Below, one piece after another: positions 1-8,177 of a stretch of 46,981 bases of DNA. The DNA is from a virus (Duplodnaviria > Caudoviricetes). Numbering within the stretch: the stretch's first letter is position 1; every line of letters begins with the position of its first letter. The position numbers and the translations under genes are program-made. The notes below the pieces were generated by a model. The model was not told the DNA's origin. It saw only the letters and a program-made list of their open reading frames with translations, and searched no databases. The DNA is taken from positions 1 to 46,981 of the IMG/VR virus record IMGVR_UViG_3300012990_000004. The stretch is one strand, 5' to 3'.

Positions 1-1005
<1,005 letters not shown>

Positions 1006-1009
1006 TGAG

Positions 1010-1026
1010 ATATATATATATATATA
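1010..1026. repeat. (AT)n tract at the gyrB/phage junction
   Basis: ATATATATATATATATA begins 4 nt after the gyrB stop; a similar tract lies at 46947-46960. Confidence 0.95.
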
Positions 1027-1410
1027 AAGCTTCTTATATATACTAAAGATAGTATATCATAGCTTTTGGTTTATGTAAAGCTTTATTTGTATAAATATAC
1101 TATGTAAAAGCTAATATTAGTAAACTAATACACTCCCCTGTATAAACAGCCGCAGGCTGTCCATGCGCTTAGAACCCCCGAAAGGGTCGCCAAGCTAGCC
1201 CCCTACACCCTAGGGGGGATTGGTGAGCTCCTAGAGCCATACAGGAGCTTCTAGAGGCATTTGGATAGGGGCCCTCCCCCTAGTTAATTTCTTGCAGATA
1301 TTTTGGAGTTGCATTCTTATCGGCGACCGAGCCCCCCGACACCCCGCTATGGGTGTGGTAGTACACCAGCACACTAGCGAAGCAGCTCACTAGTACAGCC
1401 TGAGCCCTAC

Positions 1411-1425
1411 TGTTATAGTATAACA
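1411..1425. promoter_or_regulatory. Zur-like box 1
   Basis: Perfect inverted repeat TGTTATA-G-TATAACA followed by TT; matches the core of the beta/gamma-proteobacterial Zur consensus GAAATGTTATANTATAACATTTC. Confidence 0.6.
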
Positions 1426-1549
1426 TTACATATTAGCACTAGCTTATATACATATCCTTCTATCGCGATGGATATATAGTGTACTAGGCGGTACAGTAAT
1501 TAGTAGTAATACTAATCCATAAGCTCCCCCTAATATATTCAGATAGTTA

Positions 1550-1564
1550 TGTTATAAGATAACA
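1550..1564. promoter_or_regulatory. Zur-like box 2
   Basis: TGTTAT-AAG-ATAACA, a second copy of the same palindrome. Confidence 0.55.
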
Positions 1565-1585
1565 CAAAATCCTGAGCTCAGATTA

Positions 1586-1602
1586 TGCACCATAATGGTG
1601 CG
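1586..1602. promoter_or_regulatory. NtrC-like enhancer box
   Basis: TGCACCATAATGGTGCG versus the consensus TGCACCA-N3-TGGTGCA; one mismatch, at the last base. Confidence 0.6.
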
Positions 1603-1705
1603 TTATTCATACCCGTATCAGATGGCATTGTAAACCGTTTTAAGCCGTTTTCGGGCTAGCCTGTACGGTCATAAGCCATGCCATGCGACATGAGCACCTA
1701 GCGAG

Positions 1706-1725
1706 TTATCCACAAGTTGTCCCCA
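1706..1725 (+). promoter_or_regulatory. Tandem DnaA boxes
   Basis: Perfect TTATCCACA (1706-1714) followed after 2 nt by degenerate TTGTCCCCA (1717-1725). Confidence 0.55.
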
Positions 1726-1760
1726 AAAGCCCCTAAAATGAACGCAAGATAAACGAAAAT

Positions 1761-1774
1761 GTCTCCCAAGAGAC
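1761..1774. repeat. Palindromic motif GTCTC-N4-GAGAC, copy 1
   Basis: GTCTCCCAAGAGAC, just upstream of the first promoter. Confidence 0.9.
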
Positions 1775-1790
1775 TATTTTTAAATAGTGC

Positions 1791-1818
1791 TTGCAATACC
1801 CAAAAATCGGAGTATGAT
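1791..1818 (+). promoter_or_regulatory. sigma70-type early promoter
   Basis: TTGCAA-16 nt-TATGAT upstream of the first phage gene. Confidence 0.6.
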
Positions 1819-1868
1819 TATATTTGTACCAAGCAGGTACACCCACAAACCAAAACGGAGATACACCC

Positions 1869-2396
1869 ATGACCACGAAAGCCAAAACCCCGAAAGCAGT
1901 TGTTGTTCTGAATGATGTTCAATCCGCCATCGTACGCAAGTACTCTGCACTCAGCACGAAAGCCAGTGACGCCTACAATGGTTTAACTTCCTACTCGCAG
2001 GACTTCATGACCACTGCTGTACTGTTTGATGGCACATGGTCTGATGAGGCTATTGAGGACTTGAACAAGGCACTCAAGGCCATGCAGTCAAAGATTGAGC
2101 GCAAGTCCGCAGGATATTCTACATTTAGCAGTGCCAAGTCCACTATCCTCAAGGCGTTTCGCCTCGGTATTGCCGATGTCCGCAAGTCCAAGAGCGACCT
2201 TGAAACTGAATGTAAAGCCCTGAAGCCTGAAGCCCAAGCCGAAGGCGGCGAAGGCGAAGCCCAAGCAACGAGCACTGAAACCCCGCAAGCCTTGATTGAG
2301 AGAGCGATGGCACTGCTAATCGCTCAGGGCGATGATACGCCATGCCAAACTCTTATTAAAATTGCGCATGGATATGTGAACAAAAAGCAAAAATAA
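1869..2396 (+). CDS. First early protein, function unknown
   Basis: ATG at 1869 after a GGAG RBS; flanked by a promoter and a terminator. Confidence 0.8.
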   Translation: MTTKAKTPKAVVVLNDVQSAIVRKYSALSTKASDAYNGLTSYSQDFMTTAVLFDGTWSDEAIEDLNKALKAMQSKIERKSAGYSTFSSAKSTILKAFRLGIADVRKSKSDLETECKALKPEAQAEGGEGEAQATSTETPQALIERAMALLIAQGDDTPCQTLIKIAHGYVNKKQK

Positions 2397-2398
2397 AA

Positions 2399-2412
2399 GT
2401 CTCCCAAGAGAC
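2399..2412. repeat. GTCTC-N4-GAGAC copy 2
   Basis: GTCTCCCAAGAGAC between the stop codon and the terminator. Confidence 0.9.
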
Positions 2413-2417
2413 AATAT

Positions 2418-2442
2418 AGCCCCGCGAAAGCGGGGCTTTTTT
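2418..2442 (+). terminator. Rho-independent terminator
   Basis: AGCCCCGC-GAAA-GCGGGGCT followed by TTTTT. Confidence 0.9.
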
Positions 2443-2576
2443 GTGCCTGTTTTCAGTACGGTCATCAATGACAGGCGAAAGGCGAAAGGCAAAGGGGAAA
2501 TATATCTTTAGAAAACATGGGCTTGCATCACTACGGTCATAAGCGTGTGGGGGAGAACGGCAGACAGGCGATGGGC

Positions 2577-2605
2577 TTGACAGACAGGGGATAGTGTGAT
2601 ATGAT
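2577..2605 (+). promoter_or_regulatory. sigma70 promoter with extended -10
   Basis: TTGACA-17 nt-TATGAT, with TGn before the -10. Confidence 0.8.
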
Positions 2606-2641
2606 GGTATTGTGAATGGGAATTGTCCTGCTCACTTAATT

Positions 2642-2655
2642 GTCTCCCAAGAGAC
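2642..2655. repeat. GTCTC-N4-GAGAC copy 3
   Basis: TGTCTCCCAAGAGACA downstream of the promoter. Confidence 0.9.
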
Positions 2656-2706
2656 ATTTTCTAACGGAGTCTTTATGAAAGCTGAATATATTGAGGAGAT
2701 TGTGTG

Positions 2707-2811
2707 ATGTGCAGATATAATTTCAAAGAGTTCTTGACAGACCTGCTTGGCTGTGTTATTATGGTATTTGTAATATGGCTGTTGATTTATTGTTTGTTCC
2801 TTCACCCTTAA
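2707..2811 (+). CDS. Small single-pass membrane peptide (34 aa)
   Basis: MCRYNFKEFLTDLLGCVIMVFVIWLLIYCLFLHP with a GAGGAG RBS; below the ORF-track size cut-off. Confidence 0.5.
   Translation: MCRYNFKEFLTDLLGCVIMVFVIWLLIYCLFLHP
2734..2762 (+). promoter_or_regulatory. sigma70 promoter with extended -10
   Basis: TTGACA-17 nt-TATTAT with TGn; upstream of the amidoligase gene. Confidence 0.7.
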
Positions 2812-2813
2812 TT

Positions 2814-2827
2814 GTCTCCCAAGAGAC
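2814..2827. repeat. GTCTC-N4-GAGAC copy 4
   Basis: TGTCTCCCAAGAGACA in the amidoligase leader. Confidence 0.9.
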
Positions 2828-2886
2828 AACTGCATATCGACAAAACCTTTGTAAAATTGTACACCCCACCAATAGAGGAAATCAGT

Positions 2887-4128
2887 ATGGACGAGCAAGA
2901 ATTGGAAGAATTGCAAGGCAGGATTGCCAATAAAGAACCCATCACAGCAAGCGAGTTTGCCATGCTGTCAAAAGACAACGGTGAGCCTGATAATTATGTT
3001 CAGCCCGAGGATGACTACGGCGCTTACCATCACACAGACAAGCTGCACTGGTGTGAGATAAGCGAGGAATATTATCTCGACAGGTCTGACTTTGTATCAT
3101 TTCATGGGCATCGTGGCATCATGGGAGAGGCTCATGTAGATGCCTTAGATAATGGCTCGTTTTTCTACTGCGAGCGTGGGCAAGTGTGGTATAGCAATCG
3201 CAGGTATAGCAGTATGTACATCGAGGACATCGGTGAGACATGGTGTTATGACGAATACTCTGATGATGTGTACTACTGCGAGGAGAGCGATTCCTACTAC
3301 ACTTCATCTGACGAAGCACCCGAGACTGACAGAATTCCAGGATATCACACACAACGGCGCAACTGGCTTGTGCCTGACGGCATTACGCTAGGCGTAGAAC
3401 TTGAGGTGTATGTAGAGGATGCGTGCGATGCGTATGCCAATCGCAATTCCGAGATTATCGGTGAGCGTGACGGCTCTCTTGACGACACCAATGGCATAGA
3501 ATTCATCGGCCCACCTATGAACTATGACAGGTACTTCAAGGCAGATAATCCGTGGAAGCGCACCCTTGGGGCTATCAATGACGCTGGTGTCAACGATACG
3601 CAAGATGATGGCTATGGTATGCACATCAGCGTAGGAAGGGCATGCGTGTCGCATGAGACACAGGCACGCTTCATTCTGTTCATTAACTGTTGCCAAGACT
3701 TCTCGGAGTTTATTGCACAGCGTGGGCAAAATCGTTGGGCAGAGTATGACAAGAAAGACCCTGCCTATGTCATGCATAAAGCATGCGAGTCATCTGATTG
3801 TTGGGGCACTAAGTATTCTGCCACCCATGTCGACCGCCATCGCATCGAGGTGCGTATATTCCGTAGCGTCACTGACCGCAAGCTGTTCCAAAAGAATGTA
3901 GACTATGTTATGTCTGCTCTTGAGTATGCCGACACCCATCTCTTTGTCGAGGACATGATGAGTGTGTCTAACTACCTTGCATGGCTGTCCAAGCAAGACA
4001 AGTATCAGGCTCTCAAGGATTTCATCGGAGATGACGGCATCCGATTCACTGAGCAAGATGCTCGCCGTAAGCAAATGCAAGAGTTCGGATTCATCATCGA
4101 AGAAACCAATCAAGCCCCAACTATCTAA
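2887..4128 (+). CDS. Putative amidoligase (COOH-NH2 ligase, glutamine-synthetase-like fold) with acidic Cys/aromatic-repeat N-terminus
   Basis: Motifs TLGVELEV, ERDGSL, GIEF, GMHISV, KY and RIEVRIF; ATG 2887 after GAGGA; adjacent to a class II GATase. Confidence 0.8.
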   Translation: MDEQELEELQGRIANKEPITASEFAMLSKDNGEPDNYVQPEDDYGAYHHTDKLHWCEISEEYYLDRSDFVSFHGHRGIMGEAHVDALDNGSFFYCERGQVWYSNRRYSSMYIEDIGETWCYDEYSDDVYYCEESDSYYTSSDEAPETDRIPGYHTQRRNWLVPDGITLGVELEVYVEDACDAYANRNSEIIGERDGSLDDTNGIEFIGPPMNYDRYFKADNPWKRTLGAINDAGVNDTQDDGYGMHISVGRACVSHETQARFILFINCCQDFSEFIAQRGQNRWAEYDKKDPAYVMHKACESSDCWGTKYSATHVDRHRIEVRIFRSVTDRKLFQKNVDYVMSALEYADTHLFVEDMMSVSNYLAWLSKQDKYQALKDFIGDDGIRFTEQDARRKQMQEFGFIIEETNQAPTI

Positions 4129-4147
4129 TAACTAAGGAGATTTACTT

Positions 4148-5050
4148 ATGTGCTTAGCACTATACAAACCTGCAAAGGCAAAGCTTAACCAAGACGAAAT
4201 GCGTACAGCGTTCAAGGCTAACCCCGATGGCGCAGGATTCGCATACTATGACCCCGCACTCAAGCGCGTAGTCATTCAGCGTGGATACTTCACATTCAAT
4301 GACCTATGGGCTGACCTAACCCCCATCATGGAAGACAACTGCCCGTTGATTCTGCACTACCGATGGGCTACGCATGGCGACATCAATGTCGAGAATTGCC
4401 ATCCGTTCCAGCTTACTGACGGTGCGCTCATTCACAATGGCATCATCAGTGGTATGGGTACATCAACATACAAGTCTGTTAGCAAGTATTACACGCCATC
4501 TACGCTCACGACTTGCGACACTGCCGAGTGTTCAGATGATAGGTCAGACACTCGTGAGTTTGTCGAGGACTATCTCAAGGACATGGATGTCACTGCGCTA
4601 CTGTCTGCCAAGAAACTCATCGAGCATACCATTGGCTATTCTAAGCTAGTCACTATCCACAACGATGGCTCTGTTATCATATTCAATGAACAGTCTGGTC
4701 ATTGGCGCAATGGTGTATGGTATAGCAATGATAGCTACAAGAAAGCTAATGCTGCTTCTGCCAACCCAGCCAACCTAGTGCCATCCAAGTATGACTATCA
4801 TGGCAAGTCTGGCACGACTGTATCCGTGGGCTATGATGAGTCTGCCCTAGATGCTGGATATGAATGGGACTTACTTCAATGTGCACGATGCCTCAACGAC
4901 ACCGAGCATGACTACACCTACGACCCCATTGATGATAGCTTTCTTGTCGAGTGTCTGCGCTGTGGTGAGGCGTGGATTATCGAAGGTAATGACTTGGACA
5001 TCTTGACTTACAACAACCTGCATGCTATTGCAACCAACAAAGGAGAATAA
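4148..5050 (+). CDS. Class II (Ntn) glutamine amidotransferase with C-terminal zinc ribbon
   Basis: N-terminal Met-Cys, NPDGAGF, HYRWATHG, NCHPF, HNG, SDT; C-terminal CARC...CLRC. Confidence 0.88.
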   Translation: MCLALYKPAKAKLNQDEMRTAFKANPDGAGFAYYDPALKRVVIQRGYFTFNDLWADLTPIMEDNCPLILHYRWATHGDINVENCHPFQLTDGALIHNGIISGMGTSTYKSVSKYYTPSTLTTCDTAECSDDRSDTREFVEDYLKDMDVTALLSAKKLIEHTIGYSKLVTIHNDGSVIIFNEQSGHWRNGVWYSNDSYKKANAASANPANLVPSKYDYHGKSGTTVSVGYDESALDAGYEWDLLQCARCLNDTEHDYTYDPIDDSFLVECLRCGEAWIIEGNDLDILTYNNLHAIATNKGE

Positions 5051-5054
5051 CTGT

Positions 5055-5270
5055 ATGAACAACATCACAATCACCCTTACCCGTGAGCAAGCTGACGCAC
5101 TGTGCACTGCGCTGTCTATCCTTGACAAAGGCTCTGACTTGCAGAACCTATACAGTTCTCTGAGTAGTCAGTTCACGCGACCATTCTTGTTTCGCTTAGT
5201 ACAGAGTGAGGCATACCACACTACATATAATATTCCGCTTGTGCACATTGTGCGCAAATCAGATTCATAA
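5055..5270 (+). CDS. Hypothetical protein
   Basis: ATG after an AAGGAG RBS (MNNITITL...). Confidence 0.65.
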   Translation: MNNITITLTREQADALCTALSILDKGSDLQNLYSSLSSQFTRPFLFRLVQSEAYHTTYNIPLVHIVRKSDS

Positions 5271-5284
5271 TGCGTGGGGCATTT

Positions 5285-5317
5285 GTGGGGCTGTGTGTTT
5301 GCCAGCCCCGCCTTTTT
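5285..5317 (+). terminator. Probable Rho-independent terminator
   Basis: GTGGGGCTG...CAGCCCCGC followed by CTTTTT. Confidence 0.6.
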
Positions 5318-5335
5318 CCAACTTCGGTCATCAAT

Positions 5336-5349
5336 GTCTCCTAGGAGAC
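5336..5349. repeat. GTCTC-N4-GAGAC copy 5 (perfect palindrome)
   Basis: GTCTCCTAGGAGAC. Confidence 0.85.
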
Positions 5350-5366
5350 TTTAATAAGGAATTACC

Positions 5367-5522
5367 ATGCTATTCAAGATATATCTAAACGGAGGTTATG
5401 TAGCAACTGGCGAGTATCCATCAGCATATAAAGCTAGGCGAGCATTTGCCAATCTATTCAAGCTTCACATCCGTAATTTCACAGCAGAGGAGACAAAAAG
5501 TGTGCAGCAACAACCAGTATAA
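5367..5522 (+). CDS. Hypothetical protein (51 aa)
   Basis: MLFKIYLNGGYVATGEYPSAYKARRAF... after a TAAGGA RBS. Confidence 0.6.
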   Translation: MLFKIYLNGGYVATGEYPSAYKARRAFANLFKLHIRNFTAEETKSVQQQPV

Positions 5523-5658
5523 GCTAGGCGTTAGACTAAATCAGCTTGACTGTGAGGACAGTTTAGGCTACCATAAGAGAGCAGCATGGTGGGAAAATGC
5601 AGGAGCAGTGGTGGGCTGCACTGGCTTTGCTGTTGTGATATACTCTTATTTCTTTTGA
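5500..5658 (+). CDS. Small protein with C-terminal hydrophobic segment
   Basis: GTG start after GAGGAG; ends AVVGCTGFAVVIYSYFF. Confidence 0.5.
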   Translation: MCSNNQYKLGVRLNQLDCEDSLGYHKRAAWWENAGAVVGCTGFAVVIYSYFF

Positions 5659-5666
5659 GGAAAATT

Positions 5667-5753
5667 ATGCGAAAGGCGATAGAAGCTATCGTAGGAGTAA
5701 TGCTATTGTGTTTTTGGATTACTGCTATTATTTTTATTTTAATGTGGATATAA
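5667..5753 (+). CDS. Small single-pass membrane peptide (28 aa)
   Basis: MRKAIEAIVGVMLLCFWITAIIFILMWI with a GAGG RBS. Confidence 0.55.
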   Translation: MRKAIEAIVGVMLLCFWITAIIFILMWI

Positions 5754-5763
5754 AGGAGATTGT

Positions 5764-5958
5764 ATGCGATGCAAGGCTTGTGATGCCTCTATTGAGGGGC
5801 GCCCCAGAAGTTTCACAGATGAAACTAAATTCACACACATTCTTATAGACGACTTTTGTGGATATTGTATATCTCAATCGAGATTGAAGTATTCAGAAGA
5901 CGACTTGAGAGACATCTACTCGGGGATTCAATATGCGAATTTCAAAGTCATTCGTTAA
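5764..5958 (+). CDS. Small zinc-finger protein
   Basis: CKAC...CGYC; AAGGAG RBS; directly before the primase. Confidence 0.7.
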   Translation: MRCKACDASIEGRPRSFTDETKFTHILIDDFCGYCISQSRLKYSEDDLRDIYSGIQYANFKVIR

Positions 5959-6721
5959 AGACAATGCACCTGCAGACGGGACTGTGCGTGTCAATCACAA
6001 TGAGAACGGCTGTATAGGAGACAGCGATAGTTGTGTGATTAGGAATGAGGGCGGTAGGATTAGTGCCAAATGCTATCGTTGTGGTGGGTGGCAAGTGCTG
6101 GATAACCCGTCATTCAACAGGGTGAGCGTTGGCCAGCCTAGCAAGCGTGGGGCAGTGCTGCCTAATGACTGCGTTCCTGCGTGGCACATGATGTCCAGCG
6201 TTAAAAGAGATTGGCTGTATCGTGCTCATATTGACGAAGCTAGGTGCAACAGTATAGGAATGCAATGGAGTGAGCGTACCAAGCGCCTGTACATTCCTGC
6301 TCGCAATACGTATCAGCAATGGTGGGTTGGTCGGAGTTGGGAACAGAACGAACCACGATACAAGACGATAGCAACATTTAAGGACAGTTGCTTTGGTATA
6401 AGTTTTGTTAATAGAGATAGACTGAGCGACAGGATTTGGATTGTCGAGGACTTGCTCAGTATGTATCGTGTCGTGGAAGCTGGTAATGATTGTATGGCTC
6501 TGTGTACCACCACTATTAGCGACAAGGCTATTGCAATGCTGGCTAAGTTGGGTTATAATAAGGCTACTCTTAGCTTAGACAACGACAATCAGCAAGTGAT
6601 TATGGCTAATAGTAAGATTGCACAAAGATTGGGGTGGATGAAAGAAGTGTGTCGTAGCGACCTGTCCACTGACCCTAAATACTACGACCCTGACGAATTA
6701 AAGGAACGAGTGAATGATTGA
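5933..6721 (+). CDS. DNA primase (Zn-binding plus Toprim)
   Basis: HNENGC...CYRC, IVEDLLS, LDND, DPK; precedes the helicase. Confidence 0.8.
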   Translation: MRISKSFVKDNAPADGTVRVNHNENGCIGDSDSCVIRNEGGRISAKCYRCGGWQVLDNPSFNRVSVGQPSKRGAVLPNDCVPAWHMMSSVKRDWLYRAHIDEARCNSIGMQWSERTKRLYIPARNTYQQWWVGRSWEQNEPRYKTIATFKDSCFGISFVNRDRLSDRIWIVEDLLSMYRVVEAGNDCMALCTTTISDKAIAMLAKLGYNKATLSLDNDNQQVIMANSKIAQRLGWMKEVCRSDLSTDPKYYDPDELKERVND

Positions 6722-7949
6722 CATTGAGATAGTTAGAGCACTTTCACAGCGCGATAACTTTGTCAAGTACAAGCGATTCATCAAACAAGAGGCTCTGAGC
6801 CGTGAGGCTTTCGAGATTCTCGACTGGTATGGTGAGTGGTTTAAGCTTCACAGAGATGCGCAAGTAGTTGATTACCAAAGCTTTGCCCCCTATGTGCTAG
6901 TTAGTAAACTTGGTGGCAGTAAGCCTGAACGACTGGAGATTATTAAACAATGGCTGAACGAGTTAAACAATGATGCAGACGAGGACACAGTTGCTACGGT
7001 CATCCGTTCACTGGCTACGCGCTTCCATGCCAATGAAATTGCAAGCAAGGCGTTGGCAGTTGTGGATGGCAAAGAGGACACTCTTGAGCAGATTGAGGAG
7101 CAGCTATCCAAGTATCATCAGGACTGCGGTAAGGTAGATGATGATGAAAGCTACATAGTATCCGACGACATCATGGAAATGTTGGAGGAAGCCAAGGTGT
7201 CTGGGTACAAATGGCGATTAAACGCTCTCAATGAGTCTCTAGGCGATTTAAGGCAGGGGGACTTGGTGGTGGTAGCCACTCGACCAGATACGGGCAAGAC
7301 GACCTTCCTAGCGAGCGAGAGCACGTTCATTGCCGAGCAGATGCCAAAAGAGAAAGTTGTGCTGTGGCTGAACAATGAGGAAGCTGGTAAGAAAGTTAAG
7401 CGCAGGATTGTCCAGTCTGCCCTTGGCATCACCACTAGGCAGATGTTTGAGAAGCCTGAGAAAGTCAGGGATGTCTGGGCTGAACGAATGGGCAGGGCGG
7501 ATAAGTTCATCCTGTTTGACAAGGCTGACGTATCCGTGCATGATGTAGAGATGCTGTTCGACAAGTATGACGTGGGCTTGATTGTGTTCGACCAATTGTG
7601 GAAGGTGCATGGCTTTGAGCGTGAGGCTGGCAACGAAGTGACACGTCAAACTATGATTTTCAATTGGGCTCGTGAGTTGGCTAAGAAGTATGCGCCAGTC
7701 ATCACTGTCCACCAAGCTGACGGCTCTGCCGAGGGTGTAAAGTGGATTGACATGAGTAAGCTGTACGGCTCCAAGACAGGCGTGCAGGGTGAGGCTGACG
7801 CTATCATCACCATCGGACGATTGCCAGAGGAAGGCAACAAGCGGTATCTGTATGTACCAAAGAACAAGCTAGACGGCAACAACCAAGCGTTTCGGAACGG
7901 GCGTTTCGAGATTGAAATTCAACCTGAGATCGGGAGATTCAAAGAATGA
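6714..7949 (+). CDS. Replicative DnaB/SF4 helicase
   Basis: Walker A ATRPDTGKTT, NNEE, IVFDQL, HQAD, GEADAII, KNK. Confidence 0.9.
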   Translation: MIDIEIVRALSQRDNFVKYKRFIKQEALSREAFEILDWYGEWFKLHRDAQVVDYQSFAPYVLVSKLGGSKPERLEIIKQWLNELNNDADEDTVATVIRSLATRFHANEIASKALAVVDGKEDTLEQIEEQLSKYHQDCGKVDDDESYIVSDDIMEMLEEAKVSGYKWRLNALNESLGDLRQGDLVVVATRPDTGKTTFLASESTFIAEQMPKEKVVLWLNNEEAGKKVKRRIVQSALGITTRQMFEKPEKVRDVWAERMGRADKFILFDKADVSVHDVEMLFDKYDVGLIVFDQLWKVHGFEREAGNEVTRQTMIFNWARELAKKYAPVITVHQADGSAEGVKWIDMSKLYGSKTGVQGEADAIITIGRLPEEGNKRYLYVPKNKLDGNNQAFRNGRFEIEIQPEIGRFKE

Positions 7950-8152
7950 AAACTTACAGCAATGACCCTCAAGACTGGACAGTAGAGGATGCTTGTATTG
8001 AGGAGTTTGACCAACTTGACTGGCAAGACCTTGTTCCTAGCATGATAGTTTACTTTCACAACAATGAGTATGCCCTTGATTCTTTTAAGGAATGGTGGGT
8101 GGAGCAGAGGATTAAGGACATTGAAAATGAACCAAAGGATTATGACTATTGA
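7946..8152 (+). CDS. Small acidic hypothetical protein
   Basis: ATGA overlap with the helicase stop; D/E-rich. Confidence 0.7.
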   Translation: MKTYSNDPQDWTVEDACIEEFDQLDWQDLVPSMIVYFHNNEYALDSFKEWWVEQRIKDIENEPKDYDY

Positions 8153-8177
8153 CAGGATGATGTTTGGCTTGTATAAT
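8149..8177 (+). promoter_or_regulatory. Consensus sigma70 promoter for the polymerase operon
   Basis: TTGACA-17 nt-TATAAT. Confidence 0.88.

Noticed and set aside
1138-1149. LexA box CTGT...ACAG
   Set aside because: The spacer is 4 nt rather than 8.
1467-1482. NrdR box
   Set aside because: Only the right half (ATATATAGTGT) matches the consensus.
1668-1683. sigma54 promoter on the minus strand (TGGCATGGCTTATGA)
   Set aside because: The conserved -12 GC is replaced by GA.
1761-2827. CRISPR array formed by the GTCTCCCAAGAGAC repeats
   Set aside because: Repeats are only 14-16 bp with irregular spacing of hundreds of bp, genes lie between them, and there are no cas genes.
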